DNA of 64,000 bases from an uncultured Fidelibacterota bacterium. Its GTDB lineage: Bacteria; Fidelibacterota; Marinisomatia; Marinisomatales; UBA1611. A program made the position numbers and the translations under genes. The notes beneath the pieces were generated by a model. The model saw only the letters and a list, made by a program, of their open reading frames with translations. It searched no databases and had not been told where the DNA came from. Below are positions 8,874 to 18,947 of this stretch, piece by piece (positions within the stretch are counted from its first letter, which is position 1; each line of letters opens with the position of its first letter). The DNA lies in the NCBI GenBank assembly GCA_913040915.1, contig CAJWHW010000006.1, positions 13,727 through 77,726 of the forward strand, given 5' to 3'.

Positions 8874-10421
8874 CTAGGTGGCTCCTTCCTTTTCAAGACT
8901 CATTTCATGTGTAACGTCTACACCATCTTTTGTTTTTAAAAAGCGAAATTCATCTCGGGCAAGTTCAATATTCTCTTCTATTCTTAAATGTACAAAATTT
9001 TGCCACATGAGTCCGCGAAGTATATGTTTTTTCTCTCCACTTAAATATTCTGCATTTTGCGGATGAAGTTGTAATTTAAGACGAAGAGAGCGATGTTTAC
9101 TTTTATATCTTCTTAGCCAATGGTCAATTCTAGTCACCAACGTTTCTTGAGAAATAATTCTTCCAGAACCATAACAGGTTGGGCACTCTTCGCTCATAGA
9201 ATCTAGTAAACTCAGGCGTATACGCTGCCTAGTCATTTCCAATAATCCGAATTCCGTGATTGGTGCTATGGCAACTTTAGCACGATCTTTCCTTAATTCT
9301 TTTCTCAATTCATGATAAACTTTTTTCCTGTTCTCATCAAATTTCATATCGATAAAATCTATGACAATTAAGCCAGATAGATCTCTAAGACGAAGTTGGC
9401 GGGCGACTTCTCTCGCCGCTTCAACATTAATCTTAAGTGAATTTTCCTCATGAAGTTTTTTACCGATGAAACGTCCACTATTTACGTCCACTACAACCAT
9501 GGCTTCTGTTTTTTCTATAATGAGATATGCTCCACTTTTGAGCCACACTTTAGGACGCATGAGCTTTTCAATTTCGGACTCAATTCCAAAACTTTCAAAA
9601 AGGGGCGCTTTCAATTTATAAAGATCTAACCGTTCCAGTAGACTTGGTGAAATATCTTCTAAGTAAAGCTGTGTTTTCCGGTACAATCGTTTCGAATCAA
9701 TAATAATTTTTTCGACATCAGGTGTTAATAAATCTCTAACTACACTAGAAGCTGTTTCCAAATCTTCATAAACCAAAACTGGAGAATCGTCGCGGTCTGC
9801 TTTCTTTTCAATTCTGTACCAGGTATCCAATAATTGATTAAAATCATTTTCAATATGATCTTCAGATTTACCTTCAGCGACTGTTCTAATAATTACCCCA
9901 ATATTTTCTTCACGTAATCTCTGGGCAATTTTTTTCAAACGCCGGCGTTCATATTTATCCCATATCTTTTTGGAAATACCAATATAACTGGCATTTGGTA
10001 CTAATACCAATAATCTTCCTGGTAGAGCAACCTCCGTGGTAACTCTGGGGCCTTTTCCAGCAAATGGTTCTTTGATTATCTGAACGTAAATTTCTTGATC
10101 TTTTTTGAGATCAACTTCTATATTATCATGTTTTTGATTATGATTTCTGGAGTTACGATTACGTTTATTTGATTGTTCTTCAATAATAAAATCAGAGTTT
10201 CCAATTTCTGAAAATGGGAGGAATGCATTTAAATCATAACCAACGTCCACAAAAGCAGCCTGCATACCTGGAAGTACATTTTCAACCTTCCCTTTATATA
10301 TATTACCAACCATTCGGTGTTTATCCTGTTTTTCAACATATACTTCTACAAGTTGACTATCTTCCTGAATAGCAATTCGAGTTTCCCCCATACTTTCATT
10401 GATAAAGATTTCCTTCTTCAT
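8874..10421 (-). CDS. rng: Ribonuclease E/G family (Rne/Rng)
   Basis: S1 domain GNIYKGKV..LPGMQAAFVD; VDVNSG, GLIVIDFIDM, CPTCYG; start reassigned to MKKEIFIN. Confidence 0.93.
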   Translation of the reverse strand: MKKEIFINESMGETRIAIQEDSQLVEVYVEKQDKHRMVGNIYKGKVENVLPGMQAAFVDVGYDLNAFLPFSEIGNSDFIIEEQSNKRNRNSRNHNQKHDNIEVDLKKDQEIYVQIIKEPFAGKGPRVTTEVALPGRLLVLVPNASYIGISKKIWDKYERRRLKKIAQRLREENIGVIIRTVAEGKSEDHIENDFNQLLDTWYRIEKKADRDDSPVLVYEDLETASSVVRDLLTPDVEKIIIDSKRLYRKTQLYLEDISPSLLERLDLYKLKAPLFESFGIESEIEKLMRPKVWLKSGAYLIIEKTEAMVVVDVNSGRFIGKKLHEENSLKINVEAAREVARQLRLRDLSGLIVIDFIDMKFDENRKKVYHELRKELRKDRAKVAIAPITEFGLLEMTRQRIRLSLLDSMSEECPTCYGSGRIISQETLVTRIDHWLRRYKSKHRSLRLKLQLHPQNAEYLSGEKKHILRGLMWQNFVHLRIEENIELARDEFRFLKTKDGVDVTHEMSLEKEGAT

Positions 10422-10440
10422 ATAATACCTAATATAATAG

Positions 10441-10567
10441 ACGATCTTGGTATGTGTGTAGAACTGACCAACCGGGATAAGGGTCCCGGGTTTCATCTAA
10501 CAAGATCGTACCGTTTTTTTGTTCTTTTCGAGGGGCTTAAGAAGGAAGGAAAATTTTGGCCCTTTCC
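10441..10567 (-). promoter_or_regulatory. Structured 5' leader of rne/rng
   Basis: Perfect 9-bp stem acgatcttg (10441-10449)/caagatcgt (10501-10509) enclosing ccggga/tcccgg hairpin (10472-10489); weaker stem near 10544-10567. Confidence 0.55.
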
Positions 10568-10740
10568 AGGGTGATATAAATCGTGTCAATTCCGTCAAAA
10601 AAAATAATAAAACTTTGTCATCCTTCGCGTCCCATACTCACAGTAAAATACGGAATTATATTCACTCTAACAAAGAATATAAACCGTAATGATGTATTAA
10701 ATTATGATCATATTCTTATTCAGAAATAATTGGTTTTAAT

Positions 10741-11361
10741 ATGAAAAATCTGGTAATCATTGGAATTTTTAGTGTAATTGTTTTAGGTCAGTCTAGAAAA
10801 GGGAATATCGGTATTTGTACCCAATCAATTGGTGATATAAAACGTAAAGGTGATTTTAGAAGTGGTCAAATCAGGAAGGGAGAATCTATTTATTACGGAG
10901 ATAAAATAACAACAAGTTCGAATGCATTTATTTCAATTCTTATTTTAGAAGACAGAAGTCAAATAAAGTTATTTGAGAATTCTATTGTGAAAATATTCAG
11001 GAATGAAAGGGAAAAAACACCGAAAACTGCAATAGCAGTATTTGGCGGAAGATTAAGTGCAGAAATAAATAAAAAGGGGAATAGGGAGTTTATAGTTAAT
11101 ACGCCCAGTTCTATTGTTTCTGTCATAGGAACTAACTTTTTTGTAGAACATCGTCCGATTGGCCATGGTCAACTATTTCAAAAAGGGGTGGCTGATTGTG
11201 TTTTTTCTGTAATTACGGGATCACTAAAGGTTGAAAATAAAACATCCGGGAAATTAGTATATGTGAATAATGGAAAAACGCTTATTTCCACTTCTATGGG
11301 TGGCTTCAAACTTTTTGAAACAACTAAAGATTTCTTAATCCATTTTAAGGAGCCAAATTGA
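10741..11361 (+). CDS. Exported FecR-domain protein
   Basis: Signal peptide; GDKITT..., D.SQIKL.ENS, VNTPSSIVSVIGT.F, SVITGSLKV. Confidence 0.8.
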   Translation: MKNLVIIGIFSVIVLGQSRKGNIGICTQSIGDIKRKGDFRSGQIRKGESIYYGDKITTSSNAFISILILEDRSQIKLFENSIVKIFRNEREKTPKTAIAVFGGRLSAEINKKGNREFIVNTPSSIVSVIGTNFFVEHRPIGHGQLFQKGVADCVFSVITGSLKVENKTSGKLVYVNNGKTLISTSMGGFKLFETTKDFLIHFKEPN

Positions 11362-11364
11362 TAT

Positions 11365-12063
11365 ATGAATGAAATAGGGCAGATCATAGCTATTGGGGGC
11401 GGTGGGTTTGGAAGGAATCCAAACCATCAAAAAATTGAAAAATACATTTTAAGTTTTACTAGAAAAGACAATCCTAATATTGTATTTATCCCTACAGCCA
11501 GCGCAGATGATAAGGGATACATTGTTAATTTTTATTCTTGTTTCTCAAAACTTAATTGTAATCCAAGCCATATCACTTTTTTTCAGCGTACACCAAGATT
11601 AGATAGTATAGTGAACAAAGCCGATGTGATTTATGTGGGTGGCGGTAATACAAAAAGTATGTTAGCCGTTTGGCGGGAATGGAAACTTGATCAATTATTA
11701 TTAAAAGCTTATCACAGAGGAAAAATTTTATGCGGTGTAAGTGCAGGGGCAATATGTTGGTTTGAGCAGGTAATTACTGATTCTTGGGCAAGTAATTTAA
11801 ACGTTATGGACGGTTTAGGTTTCTTACCTGATATGGCCTGCCCTCATTATCAGGAAGAGACTGATCGACGTCCCACTCTACATAATATGTTAAAAAATGA
11901 GAAATGTAGATCTGGCTGGGCCATTGATGGTGGCGCTGCCGTTCATTTCAAAAAAGGAAATTATTTTCGTTCGATCCAATTTTACCCTAATTCTTATGTT
12001 TACTATGTTTCAGTCCAAAACAAAAAAGTGGTTGAAGATCAAAAAGAGATGTTTATTATTTAA
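11365..12063 (+). CDS. Peptidase E / S51 family
   Basis: FIPTAS, IYVGGGNT, GVSAGAICW, CPHY. Confidence 0.88.
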   Translation: MNEIGQIIAIGGGGFGRNPNHQKIEKYILSFTRKDNPNIVFIPTASADDKGYIVNFYSCFSKLNCNPSHITFFQRTPRLDSIVNKADVIYVGGGNTKSMLAVWREWKLDQLLLKAYHRGKILCGVSAGAICWFEQVITDSWASNLNVMDGLGFLPDMACPHYQEETDRRPTLHNMLKNEKCRSGWAIDGGAAVHFKKGNYFRSIQFYPNSYVYYVSVQNKKVVEDQKEMFII

Positions 12064-12662
12064 TGAAGGATGTCAGTCATCCCGACTTTTGGGAAAATAT
12101 ATATCTGGAAGATGATGCAGGATGGGATTTAAAAGGTGTCACTCCTGTTTTTAAACATATTTCAAATGAATTAGAAAAAGGTTCTGTTTGTTTTATTGGT
12201 TGTGGTAGAGGGTATGATGCAGTTCATTTTGCTAAGAAGGGATTCCAGGTTACTGCTGTAGATTTTGCACCAACTCCTGTTGCAGATTTATCAACCTTAG
12301 CAAAGAAAGAATCAGTCATTCTCACAATAGTTCAGGATGACATATTTTCTTTTCATCAAGCATTTAAATCATCTTTTGATTTTGTAATCGAGCAAACCTG
12401 CTTTTGTGCAATTCAACCAGAAAGAAGGCAGGAATATGAATCAATGGTAAAGTTGATTTTAAAACCACGTGGTTCATTAATTGGACTATGGTTTCCACTT
12501 GATAAAAAATTGGAAGAAGGCGGACCTCCTTGGGGAACAACTATTGAAGAAGTAAAATCAGTTTTTTCTGATGCCTGGTGCATAAAGAAAGAAGAATTTC
12601 CAGAACATTCTATTAACTCCAGAAAGGGTAGGGAAAAATTAATTATTTTTCAAAAATCTTAA
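12063..12662 (+). CDS. TPMT/HOL-like thiol-halide SAM methyltransferase
   Basis: FW..Y....GWDL, GCGRGYD, EQTCFCAI.P..R..Y, GGPPW. Confidence 0.82.
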   Translation: MKDVSHPDFWENIYLEDDAGWDLKGVTPVFKHISNELEKGSVCFIGCGRGYDAVHFAKKGFQVTAVDFAPTPVADLSTLAKKESVILTIVQDDIFSFHQAFKSSFDFVIEQTCFCAIQPERRQEYESMVKLILKPRGSLIGLWFPLDKKLEEGGPPWGTTIEEVKSVFSDAWCIKKEEFPEHSINSRKGREKLIIFQKS

Positions 12663-12805
12663 TATTAGGATTTTTATTTACTTTAATTATTAAAATTATT
12701 TTTAATCTTTTTTTTAATAAAAACATTCGAATATGATTGTTAAAGTGAATAAATAATCCATTGTGATTATCGTCATAATGTAAATTATATCATAACTTTC
12801 ACCCC

Positions 12806-13582
12806 ATGAATTCTGACCTAAAACTTGCAAAAGAAGCTGCGATTGAAGCCGGTGCTCTTATTTTAAATTATTATAAATCTGAATATGAAATCCACGATAA
12901 AGGATATCATAATCCTGTTACAACAGCTGATTTTGCAGCAGATTCATGCCTCAAAGAAATTCTCAGTGAAGCACGCCCTGAATACGGTTGGTTATCTGAA
13001 GAAACAGTAGACTCTTCCATACGATTACAGAGAGACCGTATATGGGTGGTGGACCCACTTGATGGTACCAAAGAATTTGTAGAAGGTGTGCCTCATTTTG
13101 TGGTGAGCGTTGCCTGTGTGGAGAATGGAATACCCATTGTGGGTGTTTTATTCAATCCAGTGACAAAAGAAATATTTTCTGCTGCCAAGGATGAAGGAGC
13201 TTTCTTAAATGATAAACCAATCCGATGTGTAGTAAAAGAACATTTAAACGAAATGGTAATTCTAAATAGTCGGTCTGAGACACGCCGGGGATTGTGGGAG
13301 CCATATGACACTGTATTTGGTGAATTAAGAGCTGTGGGCTCAGTGGCTTATAAATTAGGACTTACTGCAGCAGGACAGGCAGATATCTTTGCATCGCTCT
13401 GTCCCAAAAATGAATGGGATATTTGTGCCGGGAATTGCATTATAAACGAAGCAGGGGGAAAACTTATCGATCTCTATGGCTACCCTCGAAAGTATAATTC
13501 TAAAAACCCATTAATAGAGTCGGGTCTAATTGCTGGAAGTGTGGAAGCAGTTGATAAAACATTTCAAGTGTTAAGAAAATGA
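12806..13582 (+). CDS. cysQ: 3'(2'),5'-bisphosphate nucleotidase / inositol monophosphatase family
   Basis: PVTTAD, LSEE, WVVDPLDGTKEF, EWDICAG. Confidence 0.85.
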   Translation: MNSDLKLAKEAAIEAGALILNYYKSEYEIHDKGYHNPVTTADFAADSCLKEILSEARPEYGWLSEETVDSSIRLQRDRIWVVDPLDGTKEFVEGVPHFVVSVACVENGIPIVGVLFNPVTKEIFSAAKDEGAFLNDKPIRCVVKEHLNEMVILNSRSETRRGLWEPYDTVFGELRAVGSVAYKLGLTAAGQADIFASLCPKNEWDICAGNCIINEAGGKLIDLYGYPRKYNSKNPLIESGLIAGSVEAVDKTFQVLRK

Positions 13583-13626
13583 AGTGTTTATTTGTCTTCA
13601 GTGCTATACTTTTTCTATGGTAAAAT

Positions 13627-14265
13627 ATGAACTTTACTACTGAAGATATTGAGCAATATTGTAAATCCTATTCATTGGATGATTCGGATTTACTGAAAGA
13701 GCTTTCTCAAAAAACTTGGGAGACTGAGGATGTCCCTCAAATGCTTTGTGGTTCATTAGTAGGTGGGCTGCTTCAAATGTTGGTGAAAATTTCCGGTGCA
13801 AAACGAATTCTGGAAGTAGGGATGTTCACTGGTTATTCCACGTTGAAAATGGCTGAAGCATTACCTGATGATGGTGAGATCCATTCCTGTGAACTTATGA
13901 AAAAACATGTGCAAACTTCCAAGAGCTGGTTTGAAAAATCAGATGTTAAGCATAAAATTCAAATCCATCAAGGTCCTGCAGTGCAATCACTGGAAAATTT
14001 TAAAGTAGGCACCTTTGATATGATGTTTGTGGATGCGGATAAGGTTTCTTATCCGGAATATTACAAAAAGGGGAATGCCTTACTTAAACCGGGAGGCGTA
14101 GCTGTATTAGATAATATGCTTTGGCATGGTTCGGTGTTACGTCCAAATGATGATGATGCTAGGGCCCTGAAAGATACTGCCGAAATGATAAAAAACAATC
14201 ATAGATTAGAACCCTTGCTTTTACCAGTTAGGGATGGAGTCATGATCTATCGTAAAGTGAATTAG
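13627..14265 (+). CDS. Cation-dependent O-methyltransferase (caffeoyl-CoA OMT-like)
   Basis: LEVGMFTGYS, FVDADK, DNMLW.G, LPVRDG. Confidence 0.88.
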   Translation: MNFTTEDIEQYCKSYSLDDSDLLKELSQKTWETEDVPQMLCGSLVGGLLQMLVKISGAKRILEVGMFTGYSTLKMAEALPDDGEIHSCELMKKHVQTSKSWFEKSDVKHKIQIHQGPAVQSLENFKVGTFDMMFVDADKVSYPEYYKKGNALLKPGGVAVLDNMLWHGSVLRPNDDDARALKDTAEMIKNNHRLEPLLLPVRDGVMIYRKVN

Positions 14266-14274
14266 AAAATTGAA

Positions 14275-15237
14275 ATGACACAAATACCAGATGATGCAAT
14301 CAAATGTCTAGATAAGGGGTTTGTACGGCTCGTGGATTCTATGGGTGGAGATAATGCCATTGTACAGGCAGCCCGGGTCAGTTATGGAAAAGGTACTAGT
14401 AAGTTATCTCAGGATCGTGGGCTTATCCGCTATCTTATGCGTCATCGACATACCACTCCTTTTGAAATGGTAGAATTTAAATTTCATTGTAAAATGCCCA
14501 TTTTTGTTGCTCGTCAGTGGGTGCGCCACCGTACCGCCAACATCAATGAATATTCCCTTCGCTATTCAGAAGCTAGGGATGAATTTTATTATCCTGATCC
14601 GAAGCATATTCAATTTCAATCTGGGTTAAATAAGCAAGGTCGTTTGGGTGAAGTTTCGGCGGAGTTGAAGCAAAAGGTTCAAGATTATTTCAAGGAGATC
14701 TCTGAAAAAAGTTTTGCCATGTATTCCGATTTAAATGATGCTGGTGTGGCTCGAGAACTTGCCCGTGCTATTCTTCCCGTTAATCTTTATACTGAATGGT
14801 ATTGGAAGAATGATCTTCACAATCTGCTTCATTTTATAGGTCTTCGATCTGATAGCCATGCTCAATATGAGATTCAGGTATTTTCTGATGCGATGGCAGA
14901 ATCGGTGAAATCTGTAGCGCCTTTCGCTTGGGAAGCCTATCAGGATTATGTAGTAAAAGGCATGCATTTTTCCCGCATTGAGCAGGGTCTCCTGGAACAA
15001 TCTCTCCCAGATCGTATCATCGATGACATTAATGAAGATCTGACTTACCAGCTTATAGCAACTCTTCACCATAATAAGCCACGGGAAGATGAAGAACTTT
15101 ATAATCTTTACCAAAAACAGGGTGGTTCTGATTCAGAAAAGGATTTCCATTTAAAGTGGAACTCAGGTGAAATTAAGATTGGAAATGTAAGGGAATTGCG
15201 TGAATTCAAAGCCAAGCTGGAGAGTCTAAAAAACTAA
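14275..15237 (+). CDS. thyX: FAD-dependent thymidylate synthase
   Basis: RHRx7SxR motif (RHRTANINEYSLRY); ARELAR, HAQYEI. Confidence 0.95.
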   Translation: MTQIPDDAIKCLDKGFVRLVDSMGGDNAIVQAARVSYGKGTSKLSQDRGLIRYLMRHRHTTPFEMVEFKFHCKMPIFVARQWVRHRTANINEYSLRYSEARDEFYYPDPKHIQFQSGLNKQGRLGEVSAELKQKVQDYFKEISEKSFAMYSDLNDAGVARELARAILPVNLYTEWYWKNDLHNLLHFIGLRSDSHAQYEIQVFSDAMAESVKSVAPFAWEAYQDYVVKGMHFSRIEQGLLEQSLPDRIIDDINEDLTYQLIATLHHNKPREDEELYNLYQKQGGSDSEKDFHLKWNSGEIKIGNVRELREFKAKLESLKN

Positions 15238-15300
15238 TTTCGGTACCATAACATGGATAGGTGATGAATATTTGTCTAAATTTTAAGCTCTGTGGTATCT

Positions 15301-15660
15301 ATGACTAATAAAAACGAAGGCCATCCCCATCAGCTGTGGGAAAAGTTCTTAAAAAGTAGTCTAGATAGTTTCTATAACTATGAAATTATTGAGTTTCTGT
15401 TTACCATTGGTACTCAAAAAAAGACCATAAGCAATTTGGACCAATAAAGACTGCCTTGGAAGCATCCCTTGCAGATTTTTAAACATTCGACTCAATGGAG
15501 ATAACATTTTATTTGGGTTTAAGATAAACCAAGTCAGGATGATATGGCTATAACTAAAAAATTGAAAGAAGGAACTCAATCAATAGACATATCAATACAT
15601 GGTTATTTAATCATTATAGGAAATGATGGTTATTCATTTGTAGAACACTGATTGATTTAG
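15301..15660 (+). pseudogene. radC: RadC (JAB-domain) pseudogene with internal deletion
   Basis: MTNKNEGHPHQLWEKFLKSSLDSFYNYEIIEFLFTIGT matches the RadC N-terminus; DISIHGYLIIIGNDGYSFVEH*LI* matches the C-terminus; stops and frameshifts between; only 360 nt. Confidence 0.8.
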
Positions 15661-15724
15661 TTGCTGTAAAATTCACAATAGTGTATAAATTTTTTAACTT
15701 TGATAATATCTTACGTTAATTAAA

Positions 15725-17938
15725 ATGTCCTTATTTAATAGAGCAGAAGTCGTTGATTTAAACTTTACTTCTCATGTAAAGTCAGGCAACTTTCCTCCAG
15801 AAAAGACACATTTAAGTTTATCTCAGACTGATATAAGACCATCCCAATTAATTTCCATTTTTGAATCTCAGGTGTTAAGTCGCCACATGGATTTAAAAGC
15901 TCGGCTTTTAAAAGAAGAAGGGAAATGTTTTTATACAATCGGCTGTTCGGGGCATGAAGGGAATGCTGTATTTGGCCAAGTATTCCCCTATACAGATATG
16001 GCTTTTCTTCATTACCGTTCCGGTCCTTTATTCATTGAACGGTCTAAACAAATTAGCAGATCCACTCCAATTTATGATATGGCTTTATCTTTCATGGCAT
16101 CTTCTGAAGACCCTATCAGCGGAGGTCGTCACAAAGTCATTGGCAGCAAAGAGCTAAATATTCCACCACAGACCAGTACAATTTCTAGCCATTTACCGAA
16201 AGCTGTGGGAACTGCCTTTTCCATCGACCGTGCTAAAGATCTAGACATTCAGGAGAGAATCCTCAAAGAGAATAGTATTGTGATCTGTAGTTTTGGAGAT
16301 GCCAGCGTTAACCATGCAACTGCTTTAAGTGCTTTTAACACTGTAAGTTGGGTTACTGCTCATGGTGGTCATGTGCCCATTATTTTTATCTGTGAAGATA
16401 ACGGTACCGGTATTTCTGTTCCTACGGATAAAAAATGGGTCGAACAAAATTTTAAGAACTGCCAGGGGATCGCTTACATTCAAACTGACGGTCTTCACCT
16501 TATTGATCTAATTATGAAATCCCGACAAGCAGATCATGATTGCCGTATCAATCGATCGCCTATTTTTATCCATATGAAAACCGTTCGGCTCATGGGGCAT
16601 GCAGGATCTGATGTTGAATTAGGGTACCGATCTATTGCTGATATTGAAAGGGATGAATTTAATGACCCTTTGCTCCATTCATCACGCATTCTAATAGAAA
16701 ATAAATGTTTATCTGGTGGTGAAATTTTATCTCTCTATGAGTCATCGAGAGAACAGGTAAACCATGTTTTTGATTCAGTTACCCAAAGGCCCAAATTAGA
16801 TAATGCTAAAAGTGTAATGGCCACTATCACTGCAAATAAATTCAGTCGATCTTTACCATTTCATTCCAGAAATAAGGAACGCAAAGCTCTTTTTGGGAAA
16901 GAGTTCAAAAGATTAGATCAGGCTCAGCATATGGCCAAGCTTATTAACTATGCACTGTCTGATATTATGTTGCGCTATAAGAATACCTTGGTATTCGGTG
17001 AAGATGTAGCCCAGAAAGGCGGTGTATATCATGTAACCGCTGATCTTTATAAACAGTTTGGAGTTCGTCGTGTATTTAACAGTCCCTTGGATGAAACATC
17101 AATTATCGGTTTCGGTATCGGTTTCAGTCATAATGGGTTTATTCCGATACCGGAAATTCAATTTTTGGCCTATCTACATAATGCAGAAGATCAACTTCGG
17201 GGTGAAGCAGCTACATTACCCTTTTTCTCAGAAGGACGTTTTACAAATCCCATGGTATTACGTGTTCCGGGTCTTGCTTATCAAAAAGGTTTTGGTGGCC
17301 ATTACCATAACGATAATTCTTTAACTATATTTCGTGATATTCCTGGAATCATTCTGGCTGTGCCATCCAATGGGGCCGATGCTGTAAAAATGCTTCGGAC
17401 TGCCGTAAAGGAAGCCTACAAGAATGGACGTGTAGTTGTTTTTATAGAACCCATTGCACTCTATATGACCAAAGACCTCTACAAACCAAAAGATAGGAGA
17501 TGGAGTTTTCAATATCCGGATCTAAAAGATGAGATTCCTGTTGGAGAATTCGTCAGTTATGGAAATGGGAAAATACTCACCATTATCACATACGGAAATG
17601 GTTTATACCTATCGCTAAAAGCTCAAAAGGAGATTGAGAAACAATTAAACAAAAAGATCAAAGTAATCGATCTGAGATGGCTCTCAGATATTGATATTCC
17701 TAATTTGCTAAAAGCTATAGGCACTAGTGAAAATGTACTGATCGTAGATGAATGTCGTCGAACTGGCTGCCATGGAGAAGGCTTGGTAACTCAGTTGGTT
17801 ACTGCAGCAAATAAACCACTAAATATTCAACTCCACGCAGCTGAAGATAGTTTTATTCCACTGGGTATTGCCGCAACTGCCACACTCCCCAGTAAACAGT
17901 CTATCATTGATAAGGCTCTGGAGTTAGTGAATGTTTAA
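15725..17938 (+). CDS. Fused alpha/beta E1-type ThDP-dependent 2-oxoacid dehydrogenase
   Basis: YTIGCSGHEG, ThDP motif GDAS...EDN, RLMGHAGSD, beta-part FGEDV and PEIQF; no lipoyl domain. Confidence 0.9.
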   Translation: MSLFNRAEVVDLNFTSHVKSGNFPPEKTHLSLSQTDIRPSQLISIFESQVLSRHMDLKARLLKEEGKCFYTIGCSGHEGNAVFGQVFPYTDMAFLHYRSGPLFIERSKQISRSTPIYDMALSFMASSEDPISGGRHKVIGSKELNIPPQTSTISSHLPKAVGTAFSIDRAKDLDIQERILKENSIVICSFGDASVNHATALSAFNTVSWVTAHGGHVPIIFICEDNGTGISVPTDKKWVEQNFKNCQGIAYIQTDGLHLIDLIMKSRQADHDCRINRSPIFIHMKTVRLMGHAGSDVELGYRSIADIERDEFNDPLLHSSRILIENKCLSGGEILSLYESSREQVNHVFDSVTQRPKLDNAKSVMATITANKFSRSLPFHSRNKERKALFGKEFKRLDQAQHMAKLINYALSDIMLRYKNTLVFGEDVAQKGGVYHVTADLYKQFGVRRVFNSPLDETSIIGFGIGFSHNGFIPIPEIQFLAYLHNAEDQLRGEAATLPFFSEGRFTNPMVLRVPGLAYQKGFGGHYHNDNSLTIFRDIPGIILAVPSNGADAVKMLRTAVKEAYKNGRVVVFIEPIALYMTKDLYKPKDRRWSFQYPDLKDEIPVGEFVSYGNGKILTIITYGNGLYLSLKAQKEIEKQLNKKIKVIDLRWLSDIDIPNLLKAIGTSENVLIVDECRRTGCHGEGLVTQLVTAANKPLNIQLHAAEDSFIPLGIAATATLPSKQSIIDKALELVNV

Positions 17939-18947
17939 ACAACGAATCGTTGTCGTTTGTCCGGGTAGGGGAACCTATACTCGGGAAACAATCGGTTACC
18001 TTAAAACCTATGGGAAATCTGCAAAAGATCAGATTAACTGGATAGATGGGCAGCGAGAATCCACAGATCTCCTAACACTTACCGATTTGGATAATCAACC
18101 ATTCAAGACCAAGATTCATATGGCAGGAGAACATGCTTCTCCACTGATCTATGCGTGTAGTTTATCAGATTTTCTGTCTATTGATCAAAGCAAATTTGAA
18201 ATTGTAGCCATAACAGGAAATTCCATGGGTTGGTATATTGCACTAGCTTTGTGCGGTGCTGTGTCTTACAAAAATGCTTATCACCTTATTCAAACTATGG
18301 GTTCTATGATGATAGATGGTATTATTGGTGGACAAATCATTTATCCAATTATGGATGAACATTTTCATTTAGATCCGGAAAAAAGTTCAATAGCAATGGC
18401 AGAAATAGAAAAAGCCGGTGCTTATGTATCTATTTATCTTGGTGGGTATCTGGTTATTGGGGGTGATCAAAAAGTATTGGATATACTATTGAAAAAACTT
18501 CCGCAGGAAGACAAATATCCTTTTCAACTTCCATACCATGGTGCTTTTCACACACCTTTAATGAAAAATATTTCGGCAAAGGGTCTCGCTACTCTTGAAC
18601 CATCTTTATTTCAAAAACCGGTGATTCCAATGGTGGACGGGAGGGGATATATTTGGTCACCTTATTCTACGGACATATTTGAGTTACATCAATATACCCT
18701 TGGTCATCAAGTAACAAAATCTTATGATTTTTCTTCAGCTATCATGATAGCTATGAAAGAATTTTGTCCGGATAAACTGGTTTTATTGGGTCCTGGAAAT
18801 ACGTTGGGTGGTGTCGTGGCACAAATTATGATCCAAAATAAATGGCAGGATATAGATTCAAAATTTGTATTTAGGAAAAAACAAAAAAAAGATCCTTATC
18901 TCATATCTATGGGAATAGAAGAACAAAGAAAACTGATATGCACATAG
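17931..18947 (+). CDS. FabD-like acyltransferase
   Basis: CPGRG (cf. FPGQG), nucleophile motif GNSMG, GAFHTPLM; overlaps the E1 stop codon. Confidence 0.8.
   Translation: MFKQRIVVVCPGRGTYTRETIGYLKTYGKSAKDQINWIDGQRESTDLLTLTDLDNQPFKTKIHMAGEHASPLIYACSLSDFLSIDQSKFEIVAITGNSMGWYIALALCGAVSYKNAYHLIQTMGSMMIDGIIGGQIIYPIMDEHFHLDPEKSSIAMAEIEKAGAYVSIYLGGYLVIGGDQKVLDILLKKLPQEDKYPFQLPYHGAFHTPLMKNISAKGLATLEPSLFQKPVIPMVDGRGYIWSPYSTDIFELHQYTLGHQVTKSYDFSSAIMIAMKEFCPDKLVLLGPGNTLGGVVAQIMIQNKWQDIDSKFVFRKKQKKDPYLISMGIEEQRKLICT

Noticed and set aside
10317..10574. 85-aa plus-strand ORF
   Set aside because: Antisense to the rng start and its structured leader; no protein features
14731..15114. 127-aa minus ORF, and similar shadow ORFs (19159-19515, 20423-20791, 53159-53539, 55430-55747, 63508-63852)
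   Set aside because: All lie antisense within well-supported genes
15361..15579. 72-aa minus ORF
   Set aside because: Antisense to the radC pseudogene, which explains the region better
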